Of a stretch of 64,000 bases of DNA, positions 7,381 through 17,065 are shown piece after piece. Numbering within the stretch: position 1 is the stretch's first letter; every line of letters starts with the position of its first letter. The notes below the pieces were generated by a model, which saw nothing but the letters and a program-made list of their open reading frames with translations, was not told the origin of the DNA and did not search any database. Position numbers and translations under genes: made by a program. This DNA comes from Patescibacteria group bacterium (GTDB lineage Bacteria; Patescibacteriota; UBA1384; UBA12157; JAENIV01), in NCBI GenBank assembly GCA_049515915.1, contig JBEKTP010000001.1, forward strand, positions 6,855 to 70,854, in the 5' to 3' direction.

Positions 7381-7976
7381 TTTGATTTCCTCATCAGACC
7401 ATTAATGATTTTCCGATCGAAATAAAAAAGGAGTAATCCCAATCTTTGTAAACAGTCAATGAAAACAAAATAAGTAAATTGCCCCATCGGCGTTCGCTGT
7501 AAATCCTGTAAAATCTTTCTTTTTCTCTCATCTATGTGAAAAAACTCAGCGTTAAACCATAAATCCACAATTTCTTCTGTTTTTAAATTTTGATTATTCA
7601 CCTTAAGTCTCATCCCACCGAGAGGGAAATTATCTTTTTTCTCTAATATTTTTCCCCAATTTTCGCGACACCCAACAAGTTCTTTGATGATTTCTTCATT
7701 TTTACAATTTTGAAAAACAAAGTTACAAACTGAATAAAAATTAATCGATGAATTTTCTGCAATAAAATGCCGGAAATCTAAAATAAAGGCTTTTGTCGAT
7801 TGCTCATCCGGACCGGCCGATTTCACAGTTAGACCTTCATTTTCGCTATAGTTTAATTGCAAAGAAACATTTTTATAAAAATTCCTGTTGGAATGAAGTT
7901 TCTGAACTTTATCGTGAAAATCACTTAAAATCCTATCATATTTTTCGTTTACAATATCCTTATTATTAGTTTTCAT
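7377..7976 (-). CDS. hypothetical protein embedded in Type I R-M operon (199 aa)
   Basis: ATGA-type overlaps on both sides (with hsdS and with the 208-aa ORF). No known motif was recognised. Confidence 0.5.
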   Translation of the reverse strand: MKTNNKDIVNEKYDRILSDFHDKVQKLHSNRNFYKNVSLQLNYSENEGLTVKSAGPDEQSTKAFILDFRHFIAENSSINFYSVCNFVFQNCKNEEIIKELVGCRENWGKILEKKDNFPLGGMRLKVNNQNLKTEEIVDLWFNAEFFHIDERKRKILQDLQRTPMGQFTYFVFIDCLQRLGLLLFYFDRKIINGLMRKSK

Positions 7977-8599
7977 TTAACTAATCCAATAAACTTTAAA
8001 AATCTTATTCCTTTTTCAGTAACAATATAGCTGTCATCGATTTTTTGAATCATTATATTTTGTAATAGAACATTAAAAATCGATTCGCGTTCTAATTTAT
8101 CTGGGATTCTGGGCTCATAAATAATGTTGAACAGGTCTTTTGTGAATGACCCAAGATCGTGAGCCCACTTTAAAACAATTTTTGTGTTTGGCACAAAGAA
8201 TAGATTAAGATATAAAAATTCATACAATTCAGACCGTTGAACAAGATAATTGATGAAATTCTCTTTTTCCTGAATTTTTTTTTCCTTTTCTTCAGATTCA
8301 CCTGATATTTTCAAAAATTCTTGATCTAATAAGTTAATTTGTTCTTCTGTCAAAGTAATTCCTTTTTGTTCCAGTGAATTTTCAATCTTTCTGTCAATGT
8401 TTTCCGGTGGCCGCTGAGTCGCTTCCACAGGACCAACTCTAAGAGAGTAAATATTTTTCAGAAATTCTCGGATAGAATCACTGAATTTTAATATAAAAAT
8501 TAGTCCTAAAACGAAAATAGCAACAGGCCATGACAAGACAGCTTTTAAATATTCTGGGATGACTTTAATAATTTCTAATGTCATAAATTTCTTACTCAA
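7973..8599 (-). CDS. hypothetical membrane-anchored protein embedded in Type I R-M operon (208 aa)
   Basis: An N-terminal TM helix (WPVAIFVLGLIFILKF) is followed by a charged helical region. It is abutted to the neighbouring ORFs. Confidence 0.5.
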   Translation of the reverse strand: MSKKFMTLEIIKVIPEYLKAVLSWPVAIFVLGLIFILKFSDSIREFLKNIYSLRVGPVEATQRPPENIDRKIENSLEQKGITLTEEQINLLDQEFLKISGESEEKEKKIQEKENFINYLVQRSELYEFLYLNLFFVPNTKIVLKWAHDLGSFTKDLFNIIYEPRIPDKLERESIFNVLLQNIMIQKIDDSYIVTEKGIRFLKFIGLVK

Positions 8600-9511
8600 T
8601 TATTTTTTGGACGATAAATATTCCTCATGTTTATCAGCTATTTCGAAAAGCCATTGCACAATTTTATCAAGATAGCTTTTTATTTCTTTGGCCTGGCCTT
8701 CGCCAAATGCGATTATTGACAGATATTCTTCTAAGGTTTGTAAAACTAGTACGGATATTGTTTCAATCAGCTGTGGCCTGGGAGTGGCATATTCAAATTT
8801 TGGTAGCCGAAAACCCATCTTATCCTCGTCTCTTTCTAAGTGATCAAAGTCAAGCTCGTGCCAACTACCATGTACATAGTGAGAACTAATTTTGAATACA
8901 AGTTCATATATAGGGTAAAGACCGACATCTTCTGCCTTTCCAGATATTTCTAAGTGTTTCTTTTCGAGTCCCCATTTTGTTTTTTCGAGTTCTTTTTCCT
9001 CAAGATTATCGAGATGTGATCGTTTGTAAGTTTTATTTATACTTTCCAACATCCTTTTTTCAATGGGTAACTTATTATTCCGTTTTTGAATATTTCGAAG
9101 AACGATATTTTCTAGTTGTTTTTCGTAAGCTAACGAAGCCCTTTTATATTTTTTATAAATGTCCGTATCAAAGTATTTTATCAAATAATTTAAATTTATT
9201 ATTGTTTCAGCAAGTGACCTTAAAACAATAAAAGCAATTTCTGTCCTGCGCTCTACGATTAAAAAGGTAAAAGTGTCGTAAAGTTTGTAAATCCTGACGA
9301 GATGCCCTCGAAGAATATCTAATTTTTCTGGTTCAATTTCTTTTTGGGATACAATTCCCGCAATTAAAATGACTGCTTTACGCACATCATTTGCAACAGC
9401 CACAAGATCGACCATAAAATCATTGTTACTATTCCTTTCTTTAGTAATCAATGGCAATTTTAATTCTGGTAATTCTAGCTGGACAAATTCATCTTCCTTT
9501 GGCTCTTTCAT
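8600..9511 (-). CDS. hypothetical alpha-helical protein embedded in Type I R-M operon (303 aa)
   Basis: It overlaps the hsdM stop by 4 nt. An His-rich segment SSHYVHGSWHELDFDH is present. It is possibly a DUF5677-like family member, but that is unverified. Confidence 0.5.
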   Translation of the reverse strand: MKEPKEDEFVQLELPELKLPLITKERNSNNDFMVDLVAVANDVRKAVILIAGIVSQKEIEPEKLDILRGHLVRIYKLYDTFTFLIVERRTEIAFIVLRSLAETIINLNYLIKYFDTDIYKKYKRASLAYEKQLENIVLRNIQKRNNKLPIEKRMLESINKTYKRSHLDNLEEKELEKTKWGLEKKHLEISGKAEDVGLYPIYELVFKISSHYVHGSWHELDFDHLERDEDKMGFRLPKFEYATPRPQLIETISVLVLQTLEEYLSIIAFGEGQAKEIKSYLDKIVQWLFEIADKHEEYLSSKK

Positions 9512-10932
9512 AAATTTAGATTATTTAAAATTTTTTTAATTTCATCTTCTTTTTCTATTATATTTTTAATCAATTCCTCCGGTTTCTTAAGATCTAAATT
9601 CTCTTTCCCATTCGGATTCTTGGCAGAGAGGTCATAATTTTTGGAAATAATTCCTTCATTTTTAACCGCCCAAGAATTTTCAGATTTCGTTTTCTTCTGC
9701 CATTTTTCAAGAGCATCTGCCGTATGTTCGTCTAAAATTGGGTTTTTCTTGGTGTATTTGATACCGGCAGGCGGGTTCAGTTCGTAATACCAAATTTCTT
9801 CGGTTGGTTTGCCTTTTTCAAAAAATAAAAGATTGGTTTTGGGACCTTGGCCGGATGAAGAAACATTGGCAAAAACGCCGGGCGGAAGGCTGATGATGGT
9901 ATGTAAATTACAATTTTCTAAAAGCTCTTTTTTAATATTGACATAGGTTTTTCCAGTTCTAAAAAGCACGCCTTCAGGCAAAACAATTCCGGCTCGGCCG
10001 CCGGCTTTGAGCTTTTTCATCAAATAATACAAGGCTAAAAGTTCGGTATCCGAGGATTTAATCGGAAAACCTTGCAAAACTTCTTTGTCTTCAACGCCAC
10101 CAAAGGGCGGATTAGTCAAAATAATATGGTAGCGTTCGCTTTCCGGAATAGAAGTTAAATCCTCCGCAAAAGTATTAGTTTTGGTAATGTGGGGCGATTG
10201 GAGATTGTGTAAAAGCAGGTTCATAATGCCCAAAAGATAGGGCAGGGATTTGGCTTCATTGCCATAAAAAGTCTCATTTTGGAGAACGGAAAATTGTTTA
10301 GCCGTTAATTTAGGATTTTTTTCTTGGAGGTATTTGAAACTTTCAGCTAAAAATCCACCGGAGCCAGCAAAAGGATCAAAGATTTTCTCGCCGATTTGGG
10401 GATTAATAATTTTTACCATCAGCCGAATAATTGGTCGCGGAGTATAAAATTCACCGGAAGCGCCACCCTCTTGGCCCATCTTTAAAAGCAGTTCTTCGTA
10501 GACTTGGGAAATAATGTGAGTGTCCTCGGGCTTAGAAAAATCAAGTTCATCTAAAAGATTGACGACATCTTTGAAATTGAATGGCGAGTGCATATAGTTG
10601 CGCAGATCATCAAAAAGTGAGGCAATAATGTTTTTTAATGGGGTACCGCGAAGATTTCTTAAATACGGAAACAATTTAATATTTACAAACTCTGATTGTT
10701 CTTTTGCTTCCAGCTTGCTCCAAGCAGACCATTGATATTTTTTTTCGATAACTGGCTGGTATCTTTCCCCAAAAACTTGCGCCCCCAGTCGGCTTTTATG
10801 CTCAATCTGTTCAAAAAGTTTTAAAAATAACATCCAAGAAACTTGTTCGATGTACTGCAAAAGATAGAGTTTGTCACGGCGCATAATATCGCAGGCTGAC
10901 CAGATTTTATTTGAGAGGGTTTGTCTATCCAT
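9508..10932 (-). CDS. hsdM: Type I restriction-modification DNA methyltransferase subunit HsdM (N6-adenine)
   Basis: 474 aa with an HsdM N-terminal domain, the catalytic NPPFG motif (LTNPPFGG) and an AdoMet motif (FDPFAGSGGFL). Confidence 0.9.
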   Translation of the reverse strand: MDRQTLSNKIWSACDIMRRDKLYLLQYIEQVSWMLFLKLFEQIEHKSRLGAQVFGERYQPVIEKKYQWSAWSKLEAKEQSEFVNIKLFPYLRNLRGTPLKNIIASLFDDLRNYMHSPFNFKDVVNLLDELDFSKPEDTHIISQVYEELLLKMGQEGGASGEFYTPRPIIRLMVKIINPQIGEKIFDPFAGSGGFLAESFKYLQEKNPKLTAKQFSVLQNETFYGNEAKSLPYLLGIMNLLLHNLQSPHITKTNTFAEDLTSIPESERYHIILTNPPFGGVEDKEVLQGFPIKSSDTELLALYYLMKKLKAGGRAGIVLPEGVLFRTGKTYVNIKKELLENCNLHTIISLPPGVFANVSSSGQGPKTNLLFFEKGKPTEEIWYYELNPPAGIKYTKKNPILDEHTADALEKWQKKTKSENSWAVKNEGIISKNYDLSAKNPNGKENLDLKKPEELIKNIIEKEDEIKKILNNLNL

Positions 10933-13443
10933 TTAGACTCTTTCCTTTTGATAAAGATATTTTTGTAATTTTTGAATCGCAGACCTGGCTTGTTGGGGCC
11001 CGCCGAGGGAGACAATAATTTTTTCAATCCCGATTTCTTGAAATTTTGGCAAATTGAAAACTTCTTTTCGGGATATGTCTTCGATGCCGCCAATGCGGTA
11101 TTGATCAAGTAGGGCCAAAATAATCGGTTGAGCTTCTCTGCCAAGCGATGATAAAAATTCCTGTTTTCTAATTTCGATTGCCTGGGCCCGTTCATCGCGA
11201 GAAATAATCGGCGCGTCAAAAGCAACATGAGCTAAGACATCAAAAAAGTCAGCGTCTTCGCGATCAATCAGCTTAGCTAGGGCTTCAGGCGAAACGCTTT
11301 GATCTTTTAAATTCGAAAGAAAAGTTTTTCTCTTTTCTTCATCAATCCAGATTTTTTGCAAGTCATCCAAAGTTAGAGCCAGTTTGGCGACTTCTTCTTT
11401 GGAATATTCTTTGTATTCCGCACTTTTTAAGTGATTGCCGCCGACATCAAAAGTAAGATCGGCAGTGGAATAAATGTAGACGTCAACGCCGCCAAGAGTG
11501 ATTTTGTGAGGAGTTTTTCTTTCTTTTTTAAGCTCATAGATTTCTGGTTGGGGTTCAGGGGTGGGAGTGATTCGAAGTTCTCGGCGAACAAAACCGTTGG
11601 CGGAAATTTGCAGGGTAACTTTAATTCTGGGAAGTTTGTCAAAGGCAAAAATTCCGAGTTCATTGGTGGTTGTTTGTAAGTGCTCGTGCGCTTTGGTCAT
11701 CACGGTTACTTTGGCGCCAATAATTGGCGTTTCGGTTTTGGAAATGACAATTTTTCCTTCTAAAAAGCTATCATTAGGACCAATTTCTTCGTCTTCCGCT
11801 TCCTCTTTTTCCTCGGGTGTTAAAACAGAAAATAGTCTGGTGGCATTGACATAATCAATGATGCGAAAATAATATTTACTAGTGGCGGCATCAATGCGAC
11901 TACCACGACCAATAATTTGGTTGAAAAAAACCACTGACGAGATTGGCCGAAGTAAAACAATATTTTTTACCGAAGGCATATCAATGCCCGTGGATAAAAG
12001 ATCAACGGTGGTGGCGATAACCGGTGTTTTCTTTTCCGAATCTTTAAAAGCTTGGGCCAATTCGTGAGCGCCGCCTTCTTCGGAGACAATCGTGACCGCG
12101 TAGTTGGCCGCGCCTTCGGAGGAAAAATGATTTTGTAATTCTTTAGTCATGGCCCGGGCGTGGTCATTATTAACACAAAAAACAATCGTTTTTTCGTAGG
12201 TGCCAAATTTTTTAAGAAGACCGGCGAGATGTTCTGCGATTTTTTTCGTTAGGTTAGGAATGGCGACTCTACGTTCAAACTCACCGGCAGTGTAAAAGGC
12301 TTTGATTTCGTCATCAAATTCTTCGGGATAAAAAACTTCGGCTCCCTGCAATCTTTGTTCTTCAACATCCACGCCGCCTTCTTTATGAAGGTTGGTCAAA
12401 ATTCTCTGGATCATATAATTCGCGAGAAAGCCGTCTTTGATGCCTTGGCGAAGATTATATTCATAAACAGGATTGCCGAAATATTTATAAGTATTAATAT
12501 TATCATCACGCTTTGGAGTAGCGGTCATGCCGAAGTGAATAGCGCCGGAAAAATGTTTTAAAATGTCATACCAAAGATTCCAGCCCGAGCGATGACACTC
12601 ATCAATGATAACCATGTCGAAAAAGTTTTTGGGATAAGTTTCAAAAAGCCGCTTACCATTCTTTTGAGAATAAAGAGTTTGGTAGGTAGTAAAATAAATA
12701 TCTCGCACTTGAGGCGCTTTGCCTTCAATTATCTTTTCGCGGGCGTCTTTAAGAGGACCAAACTCCAATTCATAAGCCTGATCGCGGATGAGCCGGCGGT
12801 CGGCAACAAAAAGAACACGTTTGATATACCCGGATTGGTAGAGTTTCCAGACGGTTTGAAAAGCGACTTTTGTTTTTCCCGAACCTGTCGCCATAGAGAC
12901 CAAAATCCTCTTTTGCTTTTTGACGATGGCTTCGATAACCTTTTGAATAGCTAAAAGTTGATAATAACGAGGATTTTTGCCAAAGGGGGTAATATAGAGC
13001 GGGTATTCAAGCGGATTTTTCTCAAGTTTTTTGGCCAAAACTTTACTGTAACTTTTTAAACGGGCGTAAAGTTCTTCGGGTTTCGGGAATTGTTTGATTG
13101 TTTTTTGAGTATTAGTGATAAAATCAAACTCTTCGATGGCATGGCCATTAGTAGAATAAGCAAAAGAAAGTTCAAGTTTCTCCGCGTAGTCTTTGGCTTG
13201 TTGCATGCCATCCATTGAAGTGTGGTTTTCGTCTTTGGCTTCGACAACCGCGATCGGAAAAGCGTTATTGTGAAATAAAAGATAATCGGCAATCTTATTT
13301 TTTTCTCTTTCAACCCGATCGCCTAAAATATTAACTTTGCCGGCGGTGATTTGAAATTCCCTTTGAGTGTCTTCGTCTTTCCAGCCGGAATCTTTTAATT
13401 GAGGATCAATGAGTTTTGATCTTGTATCGGATTCGTTGAGCAT
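10933..13443 (-). CDS. hsdR: Type I restriction enzyme R subunit HsdR with inserted beta-sandwich domain
   Basis: 836 aa. SF2 helicase motifs are present (MATGSGKT Walker A, DECHR). The C-terminal EcoEI_R_C-like domain is present. An inserted transthyretin/carboxypeptidase-regulatory-like segment (~residues 560-640) is seen. Confidence 0.9.
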   Translation of the reverse strand: MLNESDTRSKLIDPQLKDSGWKDEDTQREFQITAGKVNILGDRVEREKNKIADYLLFHNNAFPIAVVEAKDENHTSMDGMQQAKDYAEKLELSFAYSTNGHAIEEFDFITNTQKTIKQFPKPEELYARLKSYSKVLAKKLEKNPLEYPLYITPFGKNPRYYQLLAIQKVIEAIVKKQKRILVSMATGSGKTKVAFQTVWKLYQSGYIKRVLFVADRRLIRDQAYELEFGPLKDAREKIIEGKAPQVRDIYFTTYQTLYSQKNGKRLFETYPKNFFDMVIIDECHRSGWNLWYDILKHFSGAIHFGMTATPKRDDNINTYKYFGNPVYEYNLRQGIKDGFLANYMIQRILTNLHKEGGVDVEEQRLQGAEVFYPEEFDDEIKAFYTAGEFERRVAIPNLTKKIAEHLAGLLKKFGTYEKTIVFCVNNDHARAMTKELQNHFSSEGAANYAVTIVSEEGGAHELAQAFKDSEKKTPVIATTVDLLSTGIDMPSVKNIVLLRPISSVVFFNQIIGRGSRIDAATSKYYFRIIDYVNATRLFSVLTPEEKEEAEDEEIGPNDSFLEGKIVISKTETPIIGAKVTVMTKAHEHLQTTTNELGIFAFDKLPRIKVTLQISANGFVRRELRITPTPEPQPEIYELKKERKTPHKITLGGVDVYIYSTADLTFDVGGNHLKSAEYKEYSKEEVAKLALTLDDLQKIWIDEEKRKTFLSNLKDQSVSPEALAKLIDREDADFFDVLAHVAFDAPIISRDERAQAIEIRKQEFLSSLGREAQPIILALLDQYRIGGIEDISRKEVFNLPKFQEIGIEKIIVSLGGPQQARSAIQKLQKYLYQKERV

Positions 13444-13535
13444 ATTAAAACAGCCCCTTTCTTATCTCAATTCTACCCCAGTTAATTAATAAAGTCCAGA
13501 GAATTAACGGGGCAAGCTCCAGTAATAGGAAGATA

Positions 13536-14237
13536 TCAATCTTTCATTCTGAGATCGGTGAAGAGGAAGCCGGAGCGGAGGACGGTTTTGCCGACGCGGA
13601 TATCGAGCGGGCGGCGAAAGCCCGGGGCATCGAAAACAAAAGTGTGGAATTCGCCGTTTTCGGCACACGGATCAACGCCTTTTGGCAAAGATTTTAGAAA
13701 ATCCAAATCAAAACTTGCGCCCGCCAGTTTCGGCGGCATTTTTTTAGGATCAAGACAAACCACCTTGGCTTTGAGTCCGCCGTCAATCATTTCGTGGGCG
13801 AGTTTATTCGTGTCCTTTTTCCAAAGCGGAAAAAGCGGCGTTATGCCGGCGGGAAGGAGTTTTTCTTCGCGGTAAGCGCGCACATCTTCCAAAAACAAAT
13901 CGCCGAAAATAATTTTTTCGACGCCACAGCTTTTTGCCTCAAGCATCGCCCGGTGCATTTTTTCTTCGTAAGTATAATTTGCGCAAGCTTTCGGAATGAG
14001 AACTTTGTGTAGCGGGAGACCCAAAGCTTCAGCCTGGGCTGCCAATAAACTTTCGCGAACGCCGTGCATCGAAACCCGCCGGTAACCTTCGGTGATGGTC
14101 GTCATGATTCCGGTAACTTCAATCTCGCCGCTCGCTCTGGCAATTTTTAGCGCCCAAATGCTGTCCTTGCCGGAACTTGAGGCGAGCCACGCCTTGGTTT
14201 TCTTTGGCATGGCAATATCGTATCTCCAATCGTTCAT
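13536..14237 (-). CDS. PP-loop ATP pyrophosphatase, diphthine-ammonia ligase (Dph6)-like / MJ0570 family
   Basis: The PP-loop SSGKDS is present. The track start at 14339 would overlap the NUDIX gene, so the start is probably ATG 14237 (or 14210). Confidence 0.6.
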   Translation of the reverse strand: MNDWRYDIAMPKKTKAWLASSSGKDSIWALKIARASGEIEVTGIMTTITEGYRRVSMHGVRESLLAAQAEALGLPLHKVLIPKACANYTYEEKMHRAMLEAKSCGVEKIIFGDLFLEDVRAYREEKLLPAGITPLFPLWKKDTNKLAHEMIDGGLKAKVVCLDPKKMPPKLAGASFDLDFLKSLPKGVDPCAENGEFHTFVFDAPGFRRPLDIRVGKTVLRSGFLFTDLRMKD

Positions 14238-14254
14238 TTTTGTAAACAACAGGT

Positions 14255-14680
14255 CTATTTGAGATCTTGGATAAGACGATACAACTTCGGATGTAAAGAG
14301 GTCGTAAAATATGTCTTTAGTTCTTCGGGTTTGACCCACTTGAGTTCTTTAAATTTTTCCCCGGCTTTAACTTTCCCGCCAACAATTTCCGCCGTATAAT
14401 AAATTGATAAAAATTGGCGGTTTTCGGGATAGGTTTTAGCAAAAATTACATCTTTGATTTTAACGTCGAGATTGGTTTTCTTTTTGACTTCCGCACTTAA
14501 ATATTTTTCGAGATCATCGCCGTACTTCGGACGGCCACCAGGAAAAGACCAAGTCAGGTTTTTTAAATAGGGATCGTTTTCACGCCGGCCAATTAAAATT
14601 TTGCCGTCTTTTTTAATGACCGCCAGCAAGTTAATCAAAAACACGCCACGATCAAACTCTTGCCAATTTATTTTATCCAT
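14255..14680 (-). CDS. NUDIX hydrolase
   Basis: 141 aa with a Nudix-box-like GGRPKYGDDLEKYLSAEVKKKTNL segment. Confidence 0.65.
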   Translation of the reverse strand: MDKINWQEFDRGVFLINLLAVIKKDGKILIGRRENDPYLKNLTWSFPGGRPKYGDDLEKYLSAEVKKKTNLDVKIKDVIFAKTYPENRQFLSIYYTAEIVGGKVKAGEKFKELKWVKPEELKTYFTTSLHPKLYRLIQDLK

Positions 14681-14806
14681 AATTAAGTTTATATTACTCT
14701 AACTACAAATCAAAATCAAGATAGCGTCCGATGAGCGGTTTGACATTAACCTGTTTTATTATTACTATTAGAATAGACTTAATTACTAAGTGAGGGTTAT
14801 TTATTA

Positions 14807-17065
14807 ATGGCTAGCGAAATTAAGTTTGCGAAAATTACAAACTCAGGGAAACTCCAAGACCGGTTTTTGACGTGTCAATATGCTCAGTCGGAGGATCTTT
14901 CCCGATCAGGCATGGGGGAAATTTTTTCCATTGTGGAAATCTTGTCCCCTTGGTTTCCGACCGCTCAAATCGGCCAGTTAATCATCAATAATTTTAACAA
15001 GCATTACTATCAGGGTGGCAGCACCTCCGACCTGGTTAACTTTGAAGAATCGCTCAAAGGCGTCAATGAAAGTTTGGCTTTAGCGACCCAAGACGGGGAA
15101 ACGGACTGGATCGGTAAACTCAATGCTATTTTAGCCGTCGTTGTCGGCAGCAGTCTGCACATCGCCCCGACCGGCAAAATTGATGCTTACATTTTCCGCG
15201 ACGGAAAAGTCAATCAGTTAACCGAAGGGATGGCCGGGACGGTCGAAGTTCATCCGCTCAAAACTTTTTCCAATGTCATTTCGGGGGAATTAAAACCTCA
15301 CGATAAGGTACTCCTCACCAGCAGCGATCTTTTAAATTATCTTTCCTTAGAATCGATTCAGCAGCTCGTCGCCTTCAATAATCCGTCGGTCGCCGCCTCG
15401 CAAATCGCCAAATTGCTCCGAAAAGCGCGCGGCCGGAACGTCAACCTTGTCATTATCGGTCTTTATTCCAAAGACGAAATCTCGGCCGAACCGGCTACCG
15501 GCGAATTAGAAACAACCTATTATCTAGATAAATCGAGCGATTCGATTTTTCATCGGCTCAAAAATTTATGGCACAATATTTTGGCCCCGATTCTAAAAAT
15601 GACCGGTTCCTCTTTAGCAAAATTAACGACCAAATCTTTTAACGACGCTTCAACTAAATTCAAGAATTTAAGAGAAAAAAAACCAGCCGAAGCAAATGAG
15701 GTCAAAAGTCAAGCTTTACCTCCCTCAACCACCCCCAGCGCCCCCAGCCCGCCTGCCGAGCCGAAAGAAGATCACTTTCATCGCGAGTTTTTAAAAGATA
15801 CCCCGCGCGATGATACCCTTCTTAAAGATGAGCAGATTAACTTCTCGCCGGAATACATTCACTATTATAACGAAAACAAAAAGCCGAAAGAAAGTTATCT
15901 TAGCAAGTTATTCCCGAAAATTTTAGGGGCGATGGCTCGATTCTATCGTTTCGTGATCGCCTTAGCCCAAGATCGGAATCGCCGAAAATATCTCTACATC
16001 GCCGGCGCGGTGGTGCTCATTCTCATCATCGCCTTATTTACGCTCTTTCACGGGAAGGGCACGAAAGTCGGCAACATCCAGGCCCAAAACATTTTAGATC
16101 AGGCCCTTTCTGCCGAAAAAGACGGTAAAAATTCCCTGGCTAACGGCAATCAAGACCAAGCCAAAACTCAGTTTTCTGATGCGATCAGTAAAGCTCAAAG
16201 CATCTTAGGTAACACCTTTGTCGCCAAAGACGCCAATCAAGTTATAACCGATTCCTATAGCCAACTCGATAAGCTCACGGCGACAACCCGCTTTACGAGC
16301 TTAAACGCCCTCTCGACCAGCCCCACCGAGACCAATAATTTCTACGTTTTAAACGGGGAAATCTACTTTATTGGCCCAACGACCATCTATCAAGGCAGTG
16401 TGCTCGGCGGTACACCCGAAAAAGTCGCCGCTTTGCCCAGCGGCAAGGGCAGCATTATCGCCTCCACTCAAGCCAGTCAAATTCTTTACCTTTACACTAA
16501 TAACCAATATATGTTCAGTTTTGATGCCACCAATAACCAGCTCAATCAAATCTTGGTCAGTGGCGGCAAATGGGAAACCGCCAATGCGCTTTCGTATTAC
16601 GTGGGCAGTCTCTATCTCCTTGACGGCGTCCTGGGGCAGATTTATAAGCACACCTCCACTCAAAATACCTTTGCCGCCGGGCAAGCCTATCTGACGAGTA
16701 ACACCTCCACCGTCAAGCAAAGTCTTTCGATGGCCATTGACGGCTCGATCTATGTTTTAAAAAGCACCGGCGACGTAATCGAGTTCCAGCATTCTAAGCT
16801 GCAGGACTTTAAATTAACTGGTCTCCCGACCCCCGCCGATCAACTGGCTAAACCGATTAAAATCTATACCGATTCCGACACCCCCGCTCTTTATATCTTA
16901 GATAACTCCCAGAAAAGAATTGTCGAGTTTGATAAAAACGGCAACTTTATCCATCAATATGCTCTACCAGAAAGATTTAACGATATCAAAGACTTTGACA
17001 TTTCGATTAAATCCCGTAAAATTTGGGTCTTGCAAAAAAACAGCGTCTACGAACTAAATATATGA
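14807..17065 (+). CDS. transmembrane protein with cytoplasmic PP2C-like (degenerate) domain, Pro-rich linker and extracellular beta-propeller-like repeats
   Basis: 752 aa. The N-terminal domain resembles the PP2C fold but has a degenerate GDSR motif (AVVVGSSLHIAPTGKIDAYIFRDGKVNQLTEG). A TM helix at ~400 is followed by six or more repeats of hydrophobic-strand motifs (IYFIGP, YMFSFD, LYLLDG, IYVLKS, LYILDN, IWVLQK). Confidence 0.5.
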   Translation: MASEIKFAKITNSGKLQDRFLTCQYAQSEDLSRSGMGEIFSIVEILSPWFPTAQIGQLIINNFNKHYYQGGSTSDLVNFEESLKGVNESLALATQDGETDWIGKLNAILAVVVGSSLHIAPTGKIDAYIFRDGKVNQLTEGMAGTVEVHPLKTFSNVISGELKPHDKVLLTSSDLLNYLSLESIQQLVAFNNPSVAASQIAKLLRKARGRNVNLVIIGLYSKDEISAEPATGELETTYYLDKSSDSIFHRLKNLWHNILAPILKMTGSSLAKLTTKSFNDASTKFKNLREKKPAEANEVKSQALPPSTTPSAPSPPAEPKEDHFHREFLKDTPRDDTLLKDEQINFSPEYIHYYNENKKPKESYLSKLFPKILGAMARFYRFVIALAQDRNRRKYLYIAGAVVLILIIALFTLFHGKGTKVGNIQAQNILDQALSAEKDGKNSLANGNQDQAKTQFSDAISKAQSILGNTFVAKDANQVITDSYSQLDKLTATTRFTSLNALSTSPTETNNFYVLNGEIYFIGPTTIYQGSVLGGTPEKVAALPSGKGSIIASTQASQILYLYTNNQYMFSFDATNNQLNQILVSGGKWETANALSYYVGSLYLLDGVLGQIYKHTSTQNTFAAGQAYLTSNTSTVKQSLSMAIDGSIYVLKSTGDVIEFQHSKLQDFKLTGLPTPADQLAKPIKIYTDSDTPALYILDNSQKRIVEFDKNGNFIHQYALPERFNDIKDFDISIKSRKIWVLQKNSVYELNI

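Noticed and set aside
10821-11228. Track ORF 135 aa at the hsdM/hsdR junction.
   Set aside because: It overlaps both hsdM and hsdR in other frames. hsdR and hsdM abut exactly (10932/10933), leaving no room for it.
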